This document shows, in pieces, positions 17,950 to 27,274 of a stretch of 47,941 bases of DNA. Numbering within the stretch: position 1 is the first letter of the stretch; each line of letters starts with the position of its first letter. Below the pieces are notes generated by a model, which worked only from the letters and a program-made list of their open reading frames with translations, did not search any database and had not been told where the DNA came from. This stretch comes from a virus. Lineage: Duplodnaviria; Caudoviricetes. Made by a program: the position numbers and the translations under genes. Where the stretch lies: positions 1 through 47,941 of the IMG/VR virus record IMGVR_UViG_3300031707_000029, one strand, 5' to 3'.

Positions 17950-18852
17950 ATCCAATTCGATTCCAAGCCGCCTCGCTTCTTCGATCAGGGCAGCCCGTCC
18001 CTCATCGCCCGCTGCGGCGATCTTCTTGAGCCACTCGCCCGTCTCGTACCAATGATCGAATTGGCGTTCCGCCTCCGCCGGCGGCAAGGTTTTGTTGCAG
18101 ATCCCGCCGACGGATTCCTCATCGCCACAGACGAGGCACCTCGGATGGCCGTTCGGGTGCGTGAACCGAGCCGGTTGGAACTTGTGGGGTCGGGAGGCGT
18201 CGGCCTTCTTTCTGCTTTCCCGGATTCGGGCCGTCTCCTCATCGCATGCCTTCTGATCCGCCGGCGAGAGGGCCTTGAGGACGTCGGATACTTCGCTGAC
18301 CTCCTCAATACGGTTCCCGGGCCGAGCCCGGAGGACAAGATCGAAGACCGGGAGGAAGGTCGATTGCGGCCCCTGGGGGACATAAATGAAGCTACAGGCT
18401 TTGCGGGTCTCCCGGCTCAGGAGGCGCCCCAGCCGGAGCTCCAACTCTTTGTCCCTGTTCTCTTCGGCATCCCGGATGATGATGCCCAAGTCGGCGCTGC
18501 CGCCGGGATCCCTGACAAACGGTCCCCCGATCGAGACATAGGATTCCGCCACCGTCACGTCACCGAGGGAAGGAACGTCGAGCCCGCCCCAGGTCGCCTT
18601 CCTCACCATCGCCCCTTTGACCAACCGATCCAGCGCCGTCTCCGTCATGATCCGCATATCGCGGTGTTCCATCTCGTGCCGGAGGAGCACATAACGGTCA
18701 ACGAATTCCGATTCGGACAGCCCACCCACGGTCGCCCTGGGATCCTTCGCATAGTTGCCGGCATAGAGGAGAATGAACCGATGACGCAGGTCGCGGACCT
18801 CGCCGTCGGGCAGCCCTTTCAGGACTTCGACCGTCACGTTTTCAACGTGCAT
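17299..18852 (-). CDS. Multidomain head-module protein: degenerate nucleotidyltransferase-like region, Cys/His cluster, GGxGSG motif, C-terminal ADP-ribosyltransferase (R-STS-QxE)
   Basis: VSIGGPF...ADLGIIIR; HPNGHPRCLVC...C; YTADPSVNSTLR, FHRAV, AFVSTSR, GQKEAILPR. Confidence 0.8.
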   Translation of the reverse strand: MHVENVTVEVLKGLPDGEVRDLRHRFILLYAGNYAKDPRATVGGLSESEFVDRYVLLRHEMEHRDMRIMTETALDRLVKGAMVRKATWGGLDVPSLGDVTVAESYVSIGGPFVRDPGGSADLGIIIRDAEENRDKELELRLGRLLSRETRKACSFIYVPQGPQSTFLPVFDLVLRARPGNRIEEVSEVSDVLKALSPADQKACDEETARIRESRKKADASRPHKFQPARFTHPNGHPRCLVCGDEESVGGICNKTLPPAEAERQFDHWYETGEWLKKIAAAGDEGRAALIEEARRLGIELDKGGEGSGNFGHGGRPGEVGGSGEGGEGNGGEGNDEEENGGGATVSDSDAGKNADRVASRLSEGEVADIWNYTADPSVNSTLRLGQTPKYAEAREMEALDKAFRGGPVTDNPTDFHRAVDEDFFPEVGATFVDKAFVSTSRNQEGFATVKNQMSGGGISENPIHVIIRAPKGQSYLPMARRLGNPEYHGQKEAILPRNTKFKVVSKSAEKITLRIVK

Positions 18853-19036
18853 GGCCTCTCTCTTCGCGCCGATAGCCCTCCATATAAGGGCACGACGTCC
18901 GGACGCACTTCAAAACCTCCTCCCATCCCTGATCCTTCCATACTCCGCATGCTCGTTTGACGAAGAGCTGTCCCTGCTGGCACTCGGGACAGACGCGGCC
19001 GGGGAGGATCGTGAGCTCCACCGGGACAGGTCTCAT
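18842..19036 (-). CDS. Small zinc-ribbon protein
   Basis: CPEC...C...CVRTSC; ATG overlaps the MuF stop. Confidence 0.55.
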   Translation of the reverse strand: MRPVPVELTILPGRVCPECQQGQLFVKRACGVWKDQGWEEVLKCVRTSCPYMEGYRREERGHAR

Positions 19037-19905
19037 GCCGCCACCACCCACGTGCACTCGCACCACGGATGCAAAGGGATCAGCCCGTCCGCCTCTTCCA
19101 TCGTATAAGGACTCGCTTCGGCCCGTTCCAGGCACTTCTCACAGGCCAACGGATCGGCGATCCAATCGGTCTTACTGATATCGTTTTGCTCATAGGCCGT
19201 GAGGATCCCGTCGGAGGTCGCCCGGGCCGTCTCGGTCGTGGCGATCATCTCCCCACGATAACGGATGGCCTTGTCGGCCCAGCGGCCCATGAGTTGAGAG
19301 ACTTCCGATTCCGAATAACCTTCCTCGAGGAGCCCCGCGGCACGGCGCCCCAAAGCCTTGCTCTGCGGTTCATTGAGTCCGATGAGGGGGCGGATCGAAC
19401 GTCCTAGGCTGGCCGTGGGGATCCCGAGGTCGATGGCTTGGGCCGTGGCAGCACGCAGGGCGTTCCGCGTCTCCCGCGTGATCACCGTGACCATCTTGGC
19501 GGACTTCTTGCGGGCCGCGTTGACCGCCGCCGTCCCGATCGGATCGAGGCGCTGTTTGACAAGTCGGATCCCGGCCCGGAGGAGCATATCGTAGTAGAGT
19601 CCGCCCAGGAGGCTCCGCCCCATCTGCTCCACCGCTGCCCAATCGACCTTCCGGTCCACGTCCTCGAGGCTGTGGATTCCGGCGACGGTCTCTCCGATCT
19701 CCGTCCTCAGCACTCTGAGCCATCGTGCGGCAGCGATTCGGAAGGCCGGCCGGTTCTCGACGATAAGGGCATGATGGTCGCGGAGTCGGCGCTTGCGGAA
19801 CGCGGCGCCATGCTGGACATGGAACTCCGAAAGGGCTTGCTGGACCGCAGCGATCTCCATATCGGTTGGATTCTCGAAGAGGTGGAGTGGGACTTCCAGG
19901 GACAT
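19033..19905 (-). CDS. MuF/SPP1 gp7-like minor head protein
   Basis: MIATTETARA...ACEKC...IPLHPWCEC. Confidence 0.88.
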   Translation of the reverse strand: MSLEVPLHLFENPTDMEIAAVQQALSEFHVQHGAAFRKRRLRDHHALIVENRPAFRIAAARWLRVLRTEIGETVAGIHSLEDVDRKVDWAAVEQMGRSLLGGLYYDMLLRAGIRLVKQRLDPIGTAAVNAARKKSAKMVTVITRETRNALRAATAQAIDLGIPTASLGRSIRPLIGLNEPQSKALGRRAAGLLEEGYSESEVSQLMGRWADKAIRYRGEMIATTETARATSDGILTAYEQNDISKTDWIADPLACEKCLERAEASPYTMEEADGLIPLHPWCECTWVVAA

Positions 19906-19909
19906 CGTG

Positions 19910-20209
19910 TTATCCGTTCATCCGACGTCCTCCAGGAATCGAGAGCCCGGGCCGGTGGGAGATGCGGTCTTGGGCTAACTCGGCCGCCCTCACCTCAATC
20001 GCCTTTTGCTTTTTCTTATGCTCTTCGATTTCTTCCAGAGTGATCGGCATGACGAAAGCGATGTTCGCACAGTTCAGCATGATGGGCTTCTCAGGGTCGA
20101 TCCGCTCGCGCAGAGCGAACCCGTCCGGCAACCATTCGCTCGGGACGATTTCGTCGCCCTTGACGTAGAATACCGCGTCGGGCGTGATAAGGTAAACGGC
20201 TAACGGCAT
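19910..20209 (-). CDS. Hypothetical protein
   Basis: 99-aa ORF tightly packed between portal and MuF. Confidence 0.6.
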   Translation of the reverse strand: MPLAVYLITPDAVFYVKGDEIVPSEWLPDGFALRERIDPEKPIMLNCANIAFVMPITLEEIEEHKKKQKAIEVRAAELAQDRISHRPGLSIPGGRRMNG

Positions 20210-20212
20210 GAC

Positions 20213-20494
20213 TCAATACTCCCCTTCGGCCATCTCTTCTGTTCCACGTGGAACACGAGGTTGCAGTAACGAACGGTGGACCGCTATCTTCTTGATGGTC
20301 AGGTCGTTCTTCATGAGCGCCTCCGCCGCTTCCTCGAATTTGGCCAACGGCGGGATCCGCCGGCGGCCGGGAATCACGAGCTTGACCTTCCGCACCATCG
20401 GATCATCGAGCACTTTGTTCAGCCGCGCCTTCAACGCCTCCATGTCGTCGAAGACCTCGACGGTCTTTGTCCCGTCTGTTCGCGTGATCTGCAT
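20213..20494 (-). CDS. Hypothetical protein
   Basis: 93-aa ORF directly after the portal, GGAGG RBS. Confidence 0.6.
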   Translation of the reverse strand: MQITRTDGTKTVEVFDDMEALKARLNKVLDDPMVRKVKLVIPGRRRIPPLAKFEEAAEALMKNDLTIKKIAVHRSLLQPRVPRGTEEMAEGEY

Positions 20495-20496
20495 TT

Positions 20497-22077
20497 CTAT
20501 CGGCCTCCTATTTCCGATTCCAGTTCTTTCGCCTCCGCCTCCCGAGCCTTCCGCGCCGCTTCCAGCTTCGCCTTCAGCACGCCGGCAACCTTCGCTTGCA
20601 GCTCCTCGATGGCTCGGTCATTCGCCGCCATCCCCGCCTGGGCGGGTTCCGTCCCGACCTCGCGGTAGGTGGCGCTGATGAAGTACGTGTCCCGATAAGG
20701 ATCGGCTTCCGGGATCTCGGGCAGCCCCAGCCGTTCGGCGACCATGGCCCGGGTCAGGACGCCCATCCCGAATTGGACCGACGTCCGCGCCGTCTCCGTG
20801 TCCATGTCGCGGATGTCCAGCTCGTTGAGGACGAATTCCCAGTCCTCCGAGTCGAATCCGTCCTTGATGATCTTCTGGGTCATGATATGGTTCAGTACCC
20901 GTTGGAGCGGCTTGACGATGGAGTCGATGTAGATGCGGGTCGATTCGGCGGCCGTCGATCCTCCCAGGCTGCCGATCTCGATGATGCCGATCCGGTAGGG
21001 CGGCATGCGGTAGCAGACGAGGACCTCGTCGCGGAGCTGTTTGAAATAGAGCTTGAAGTGCCCCTCCTTGACCTCCACCACCAGGGGCGTCCACGTGATC
21101 TTCCCTCCCTCCGGCGGATTGATGACGATGGTCTTGTGGGCGTTGTTCGAGGCTTTGATCTCGGTGTCCACGAAGTCGGAAATGATCTTCGCGTGTTCCT
21201 TCTTCCATTTCCCTTCCAACGTGATCACGGCGGCGGGGATCCCGTAGTTGTTGAAGAAGGCCAGGTTGTAGTCGCGGATCCCGACCAGCCCCTCAATCGC
21301 CCCGACGGACGGGAGGACGTTCGGCGCCCCATACCAATCGCTTTGGGCGTAGTAGTTGCGGTAGAAGATGAGATCGTGGGCTCGCTTTTCTTCGGGAATA
21401 TCCCCGGCCTCTTCACCCGTCTCTGAATTCACATACTCCTCATAACCAAACTTTCGGAACCATCGGTACTTGTTGGCCCGTGTCTGACAATATTTATTCC
21501 CGTCCTTATGGACCTTGACGGTGTGGGCCGGGAGTTGGTAAAGGGCGTCCGGGGTCCCGTCATCTCCCCAACCGACCTCCATGCATAACCATCCAGTCGA
21601 GCCCCAGTCGATGATGAGGTGCTCGAGGACGTCCTCCGTCGATGCCTCGTCGGTGTTAGGATCGGAAAGGAAATCTTCGATGGCTTTCTTGACCGCCTCG
21701 TCGCCCTCCTTCACGTTCTTCCGGAGTTTAATCACGTAGCCCTGTCCGGTCACGTCCTTGGCGATCTGCCGGACGCACGCATCGAAGAACGCACAATTAT
21801 CCTGAAGGGTCAAGAAACCGGCGACCTCGAAGGGATACGGGACGAGGTTCTTCTCCGTCATGTATGTCTCGTCCTTCAACGCCTGCGAGACGGCCCGGTT
21901 CTCGGCGCCGGGTTCCTTCTTCCTGATCTCGAAGCGGTCCAGGACGGACATCGGGAAGACGCCCTTCGACGTGGCCAGGAACTTATGCGTCTGGCTCCCG
22001 CCCTTCGTCACAAAGACGAATCCTTCGGCCTCTTTCCTTTTCTCCTCGATCGGACGCGGTTGACGTTTCTTGGACAT
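20497..22077 (-). CDS. Portal protein (PBSX/HK97-type)
   Basis: YQLPAHTV, DWYGAP, AFFNNYGIP, RDEVLVCYRMPPYRIG, IVKPLQ; follows TerL. Confidence 0.92.
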   Translation of the reverse strand: MSKKRQPRPIEEKRKEAEGFVFVTKGGSQTHKFLATSKGVFPMSVLDRFEIRKKEPGAENRAVSQALKDETYMTEKNLVPYPFEVAGFLTLQDNCAFFDACVRQIAKDVTGQGYVIKLRKNVKEGDEAVKKAIEDFLSDPNTDEASTEDVLEHLIIDWGSTGWLCMEVGWGDDGTPDALYQLPAHTVKVHKDGNKYCQTRANKYRWFRKFGYEEYVNSETGEEAGDIPEEKRAHDLIFYRNYYAQSDWYGAPNVLPSVGAIEGLVGIRDYNLAFFNNYGIPAAVITLEGKWKKEHAKIISDFVDTEIKASNNAHKTIVINPPEGGKITWTPLVVEVKEGHFKLYFKQLRDEVLVCYRMPPYRIGIIEIGSLGGSTAAESTRIYIDSIVKPLQRVLNHIMTQKIIKDGFDSEDWEFVLNELDIRDMDTETARTSVQFGMGVLTRAMVAERLGLPEIPEADPYRDTYFISATYREVGTEPAQAGMAANDRAIEELQAKVAGVLKAKLEAARKAREAEAKELESEIGGR

Positions 22078-22082
22078 GGTAC

Positions 22083-23741
22083 TCACTCCTCTTTCTGCCC
22101 GGGGAGGTAAATAAACCCATCCCCCTCGCGGGCCATGTGGACGGGACTTGGGACGGCCGGAGCCTCGCGTCTCGCCGGCGGTGCAACCGTCGCGGCCATA
22201 GGCGCCTCATCCTCATCCGAAGGCCGGGCGCGGTGATAGCGGCGCTTCGAAGGTTTCGGTTCCAGGGCCGCAGCCACAGCCTCGACCGCTTCCCGAAGCG
22301 AAGGCGGGGGCGCCTTCTCCTCTGTGCCCTTGGTGACGAACCGGGGCGTAAAGACGAAACCCTCCCGGACGGGCTCAAGGCCGATCTTCCACTTGACGAA
22401 GTACCGCGTCTCGTCCATCGCGTGGTCGCCCTTCTTGACGGGCCGGCCGTTCCGCTCGAAGTACCCCTTCACCTCTCGGAGCCAGGCTTTGCAGCCGGAG
22501 CGGGAGACGTAGTACTTGGGCGGCCCGATGACCGGCCGCAAGGCGTTCCTCACGGCCTCCACCCCGGGCTCCACGGCATTATCGGCAGCCGTCATTCGGA
22601 AACCGCGATCCGCCAGGGCATCCTCCCACTCTCGGATCAGGTCGGGACGGGAGGGATCGGCCACCCCGTCTCGGATATTCGACCACCAGGGAAGTGCTTT
22701 ACAGGCTTCGATCACACGGGTATTCGTCGTCCCGCCCTTGTAGTACTCTCCGAACCGCACCCAGCCGAAAGGCCACTGCTGCCAAAAGCCGACCGAAAAC
22801 GGATTCGATCCGCCCCAGTCGATGCTGAGGGAGACGGTTCGATCGGGGGAGAAACCGGGAAGGTCGAGCGGGCAATGGAGCGTCTCGTCCCATTGTTCGC
22901 CGTAAACGAGATCGGAACGGCTGATCTTCTCGCAGAACCATTCCACGCGAAGGATCATTTCGTTGAGGTTGTGGAGCTTTTGGATGAAGTCCGAGGGGAG
23001 GTAATAGCCGTCCGCGTCCTTCATGCAGGTTCCGGGACAGTAAGGTGTGAGCGGACAGGTGGAGCAGGAGTAGTCGCGGCACGAGGCCATGCACTCCCAA
23101 ATGCACCAGCGGTAGATGGGGATCCCGTGCTCCTCGGCCTGCACCAACGCCTGATCCATGATCCCGCCGAAGTGATGGTTGGTCGAGAGCTTACCGAGAG
23201 ACGCGGTGATCCCATGGCTCGATTGAGGTTGGGAGAGGGCAGCCGCGTAGACTTCCTCGTCCATCTCGTCGACCTCATCCATCAGCAGGCGGTGGGGATG
23301 GGGGCCACGGGTCGATTTCTGCGAGGCGGGCAGGATCTTGACCTTGCTTCCGTCCTTCCAGCGCGTGATCCGCCGGGTCGGTTCGCCGACGAGGTACTGA
23401 TCCTGGAGGCCCGTCAAGGCCCAGCACGAGTTCATCGCATCGTAGACCTTCTCGGACTGGTCGAGAGAGCCCCCGAGGATCGTGGTGTTCAGGCCGGGGA
23501 TGGTGTAGGAATGGAACCAGGTCAGCAGGCCAGCGAGGTACGACTTGGAGCCCGAGCGGTTGGCCCAGCAGATAAAGTCCAGCGTCCGCCCGAGCAGGAC
23601 GTCGGCAAAGAACCGGAAGGGCGGGACGTGCTGCGGATTCGTGCAGCGGACGCGGGTGCCGATCCGCGGCTCGCCCATGTATTCGAGGAGCGCCGTCGCG
23701 TCGTCATCCGTTCGCAGACGACCCTCTCTCGCCATTGCCAT
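22083..23741 (-). CDS. Terminase large subunit
   Basis: Walker A ANRSGSKS, Walker B LLMDEVDE, nuclease SIDWG and DHAMDETRY. Start uncertain (23741 or 23735). Confidence 0.92.
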   Translation of the reverse strand: MAMAREGRLRTDDDATALLEYMGEPRIGTRVRCTNPQHVPPFRFFADVLLGRTLDFICWANRSGSKSYLAGLLTWFHSYTIPGLNTTILGGSLDQSEKVYDAMNSCWALTGLQDQYLVGEPTRRITRWKDGSKVKILPASQKSTRGPHPHRLLMDEVDEMDEEVYAAALSQPQSSHGITASLGKLSTNHHFGGIMDQALVQAEEHGIPIYRWCIWECMASCRDYSCSTCPLTPYCPGTCMKDADGYYLPSDFIQKLHNLNEMILRVEWFCEKISRSDLVYGEQWDETLHCPLDLPGFSPDRTVSLSIDWGGSNPFSVGFWQQWPFGWVRFGEYYKGGTTNTRVIEACKALPWWSNIRDGVADPSRPDLIREWEDALADRGFRMTAADNAVEPGVEAVRNALRPVIGPPKYYVSRSGCKAWLREVKGYFERNGRPVKKGDHAMDETRYFVKWKIGLEPVREGFVFTPRFVTKGTEEKAPPPSLREAVEAVAAALEPKPSKRRYHRARPSDEDEAPMAATVAPPARREAPAVPSPVHMAREGDGFIYLPGQKEE

Positions 23742-24420
23742 CGCCGAGGCTAGCAAAAATGGGGAGCTCTCGGGTTTCTCCAGCTCCGTCGCCAAGGTCC
23801 CCATTCCCACTTGCAAGCTCGCGGAGGCGGGCGAGGAAAGCCGTCCGGCTCGGGATCCCTTTTCCATCGCTCACCAGCTCCTTCATCAGATCGGTCAAGG
23901 TTGAAGAGATGGGCAGCTCCAAAACTTTATGTTCCGGCGCCTTATAAGCAAATCCGAATCCCCATAAGACTTCGTTCTTCGCCGCTATAGCCTTTAATGC
24001 GATAGCCAAATCCGGAGAAGGCCGTTTTATCACCTTTTCCTCAATACGGGTCTTCTCTTTTCCATCCGCCGAAATAACTGTCTCCTGCCTGATAATGGTT
24101 TCGGTGGCGGGCGGGTTCAGGGCCTTGCGCAAAATACTGTCGATCCCAAGACAAGATTTCGTGGCAAGATCGACAATATCCAACTCCGTGATCTGCCACC
24201 TTCGGTTGCGGATCGCACCGCTATAAAGCAATCCTGCGTGCTGCCGGGTGACTCCAATCAGATTGCCGATTTGGAGAAAGCTCATCGGTAACTGTTCTTC
24301 GACTATAAAATCGACAATGACTTTCCGTTGACGAGGGGTAAGGTCGTCCTTCTTCAACTTCCCCGACTTCAAAGCCTCGAGCATCCACTCGGCCGCGGCA
24401 TTGAAGGTATTTTTATTCAT
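23704..24420 (-). CDS. Terminase small subunit (putative)
   Basis: HTH-like SFLQIGNLIGVTRQHA, then a beta-hairpin and PDLAIA; directly upstream of TerL. Confidence 0.7.
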   Translation of the reverse strand: MNKNTFNAAAEWMLEALKSGKLKKDDLTPRQRKVIVDFIVEEQLPMSFLQIGNLIGVTRQHAGLLYSGAIRNRRWQITELDIVDLATKSCLGIDSILRKALNPPATETIIRQETVISADGKEKTRIEEKVIKRPSPDLAIALKAIAAKNEVLWGFGFAYKAPEHKVLELPISSTLTDLMKELVSDGKGIPSRTAFLARLRELASGNGDLGDGAGETRELPIFASLGDGNGERGSSANG

Positions 24421-24450
24421 CGACCTTTCCCATCCCTCATCTTCGGCCTT

Positions 24451-25128
24451 TTATCGGTAAGATTCAAGCGGGGTGTTAAGAGAATCGGCAGCGATGAGTT
24501 CCAACGCCTGCTCGCGCGGATGCTGACCGCCGAGCCCAAGTTCGCGGATCAGACGGGTGAGGGCCTCTTCGACGATCTGGGCCTGACCCGGGGCCAGGTT
24601 GAAGGTGAGGGTCGTCCAGGCTCCCTCCGGAGGTGTCGCCAGCGCGGGGGCCGGGCCCCCCGATACCGTCGACCAATCGAATTTCGACAGAGAGAGGAGC
24701 GAGTTGATGTCGAACGGTTCGAAGGGGAGGTCATGGAGGACGTCCGCGTAAGACGTTTGGGAGAGGATGTCGGCGACGAGTTTGGAGAGTTCGATGGAAT
24801 CGGATTTCCCTTTCAACTCATTAAGGATGATGGTAAGTTTCTTGGCCTGAAGGTCGGTCATGGGGCCGAGGTTGTTGATCGGGATCGAGGTGAAATGAAG
24901 CTCTCGGGCGGCCCGCCAGCGGTGCTCGCCGTCGATGATCTCGAAGCGGCCTTCGCCAAGGTCGCGGACGATGACCGGGACGATGAAACCGTGGGTCGTG
25001 ATCGACTCCTTCTCCTTCTGGAATTGAAAAGCGGTCTGGCGGTTCGGATTCCAGGCATTCGGCGTCAGGGCGTCGATCGGGATGGTCGAAGTTTCTAGGA
25101 CGATACGGGGGCCGGAAGGGGTTTCCAT
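24451..25128 (-). CDS. ParB/Srx N-terminal domain protein
   Basis: PNAWNPN..SITTHGFIVPVIVR..EIIDGEHRWRAA; start METPS with GAGGT RBS. Confidence 0.88.
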   Translation of the reverse strand: METPSGPRIVLETSTIPIDALTPNAWNPNRQTAFQFQKEKESITTHGFIVPVIVRDLGEGRFEIIDGEHRWRAARELHFTSIPINNLGPMTDLQAKKLTIILNELKGKSDSIELSKLVADILSQTSYADVLHDLPFEPFDINSLLSLSKFDWSTVSGGPAPALATPPEGAWTTLTFNLAPGQAQIVEEALTRLIRELGLGGQHPREQALELIAADSLNTPLESYR

Positions 25129-25970
25129 TCGATACCTCGGGAGCTCCATAGGCGATTGACGTGGATCTCGAAGTCGGCAAACGTGACCAAGTTCTGAAGA
25201 CATCGTTCGGCGCGGGGGCCGAAGATATGGACATCGAGTTTTCCCCAAACGTTGCGGGCGTTGCGGGAATCGGCAATATCCCGGGCCCGGGGTCCGCGCT
25301 CCTGCTGGAGCCGTCCGCAGCGGCTCGTGCTGATGGCCACGCCGTAGATCTCCCCGAGCACCCAGGTCAGGGAATCGGAGGAGGAGAACGGCAGGATCTC
25401 AAGCCATCGGGACGTGCAGCCGAAGCCGTGGACCCAGGTTCCGCGCTCGTAACAGGCGTGGATTTTGGCCAGGACGGTGCTCTTGGGGACGCGGGCTCGG
25501 GTATTCCATCCGCCGCCGATGCCGACATAGGGCCACTCGGCCAGGAGGGCCTGCCACCGCGCCTCGCTCTGAGCCGGATGCCAAACGCGGACCAGCCGCC
25601 GGCGATCGCCGCCGAGGGCGTCCGCCAGGCGCACGGCCCAGGCGTCGACCTGCTTCTCGCCGACATAATGTTCCACGTCCATCTCGACAAAGAAGGGGAT
25701 CCGGTGCGCCCACGTGCGGACGAAGGCGATGTAGGCTTCGGCATAATCCATGACGTTCTTCGCCGGGGACCGGCGGATCCGACCCATCAGGAACGAATGG
25801 GCGCCGGAGTCTACCATCGATTCATGGCCCTCGAGTCCTTTGAAAATCCGTTCCGCATTATTCCGGGTGAAGAGCTGGTAGAAGGAGCTGAGGACGTGGA
25901 GCGGACGGCCGACGTCGGCAAGGATCGGGAGGAGCTCAGGTCGTTCCATCCCGGCGACATAGAGATTCAC
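25095..25970 (-). CDS. dpdA: DpdA/TGT-like 7-deazaguanine DNA transglycosylase
   Basis: MVDSGAHSF, EMDV, VWH, YVGIGG, VHGFG, SSDSLTW motifs; adjacent to the preQ0 synthesis genes. Confidence 0.78.
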   Translation of the reverse strand: MNLYVAGMERPELLPILADVGRPLHVLSSFYQLFTRNNAERIFKGLEGHESMVDSGAHSFLMGRIRRSPAKNVMDYAEAYIAFVRTWAHRIPFFVEMDVEHYVGEKQVDAWAVRLADALGGDRRRLVRVWHPAQSEARWQALLAEWPYVGIGGGWNTRARVPKSTVLAKIHACYERGTWVHGFGCTSRWLEILPFSSSDSLTWVLGEIYGVAISTSRCGRLQQERGPRARDIADSRNARNVWGKLDVHIFGPRAERCLQNLVTFADFEIHVNRLWSSRGIEWKPLPAPVSS

Positions 25971-27274
25971 GGCTCATACCTCGCGATCTCCTCTTCCATG
26001 ATATGACAGAGGGGGGGGACGTCCATCTCCGCCATCCGCGCCAGCGAGGCCATCAGGCCGGGGTCGCCGATATGACCCAGGATGCGGGGCGAACGGCTGC
26101 GGTAGGTGTCCTTGGCACAGCCCACGACGTCGCCGGCGGGCAGGATGGTGAGGGTTTTAAGTCCGCGCTGGCAGGCATGATGGACGGCGGGGCGATCATA
26201 AAGCGGGGAAGGGGGGAGGGGCTCGGGCGGCTTCCAAACGTTCAATCTCGCGTAAGGACGGGCAAAACCGGAGGTTTGGGCCAGGAGCGCCGGGATATCT
26301 ACCGCAGAATCCGCGAGAATATAGGGCGTCAGCCCGGATTTAAGGCGGGCCGGTATATTCGGGCGCACTTCCGCGTTGAAGCTGATGTAGACGCGATAAA
26401 GACGTTTCAGCTCCTCATCGGTCAAGCGGTCCAGGTTGTCGGCGTTGGTATTGAGGAGGAGCTTGACCCAGGGAGGCCAGCGGACGGCGAGGACGCGGCG
26501 AAAGTGATCGACGTCGACGAGGGGCTCGCGGCCGGAGATCATCATCCGCTCCACCTTCCAGCGGTCGACGAAACTCCACACGGACCTGAGAACCTCGTCC
26601 GACATAAAATCGGGCTGGTCGGGAAGCGGGGCATAGGAGCAGAAGGAGCAGGCGCGGTTGCAGCGGTTGGTGATATAGAGCCGGAGCTCGCGGATGGCGA
26701 GGAGCGACGTTTCGGCGCCGTCGATGGCTTCGGCCACGGCCAGGCACTTCGGACAGCGGCCGCAGTTCTCCGGTCCTTCGATGTTGCACCACCGGAGCTC
26801 CGAGAAGTCGACCCCAAGGGCTCGGCCATGTTCCACGATCCTCCAGAGGGGCCAATCGAGGAAAGGCGTCCAGAGGTGAAGGCCGTGGCGGGAAAACTCC
26901 TCGTCCTTCCGCCGGCAGAACGCGGGCGAGCAATCGTCGAAGTAGCGGCCGAGGAACGTATGATCGGGGAAGTGCGTGGCGAAATAAATGAACCGGGCTT
27001 TATGACGGACGGCCAGGTGCGCGGCATAATCGAGATAGATGTCGTTGCGGAAGGCGACCTCCTGGGTCGAATCGAAACCGATGGTCGGGATGATGGTTTG
27101 GCTGATGTCGAGCCGCAGGCAGACGCGGATGGCCGAGCGGACTTCCTCCCGGTTGTTGGCGCCGTCGAAGGTCACGGCCCGAATATCCGCCGCGGGGATC
27201 CCGAGGCTGAGGACATGGTACAGGAGGACGGTCGAGTCGAGACCTCCGGAGACGAGGATTAAATGTGCTGCCAT
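25967..27274 (-). CDS. queC: QueC (preQ0 synthase) fused to a C-terminal radical SAM/twitch domain
   Basis: SGGLDS PP-loop, FRN, DCSPAF, TPF, C..CGRCPKC; then ITNRCNRACSFC, ISGREP, NTN, C..G...ILPAGDVVGC in the same frame. Confidence 0.88.
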   Translation of the reverse strand: MAAHLILVSGGLDSTVLLYHVLSLGIPAADIRAVTFDGANNREEVRSAIRVCLRLDISQTIIPTIGFDSTQEVAFRNDIYLDYAAHLAVRHKARFIYFATHFPDHTFLGRYFDDCSPAFCRRKDEEFSRHGLHLWTPFLDWPLWRIVEHGRALGVDFSELRWCNIEGPENCGRCPKCLAVAEAIDGAETSLLAIRELRLYITNRCNRACSFCSYAPLPDQPDFMSDEVLRSVWSFVDRWKVERMMISGREPLVDVDHFRRVLAVRWPPWVKLLLNTNADNLDRLTDEELKRLYRVYISFNAEVRPNIPARLKSGLTPYILADSAVDIPALLAQTSGFARPYARLNVWKPPEPLPPSPLYDRPAVHHACQRGLKTLTILPAGDVVGCAKDTYRSRSPRILGHIGDPGLMASLARMAEMDVPPLCHIMEEEIARYEP

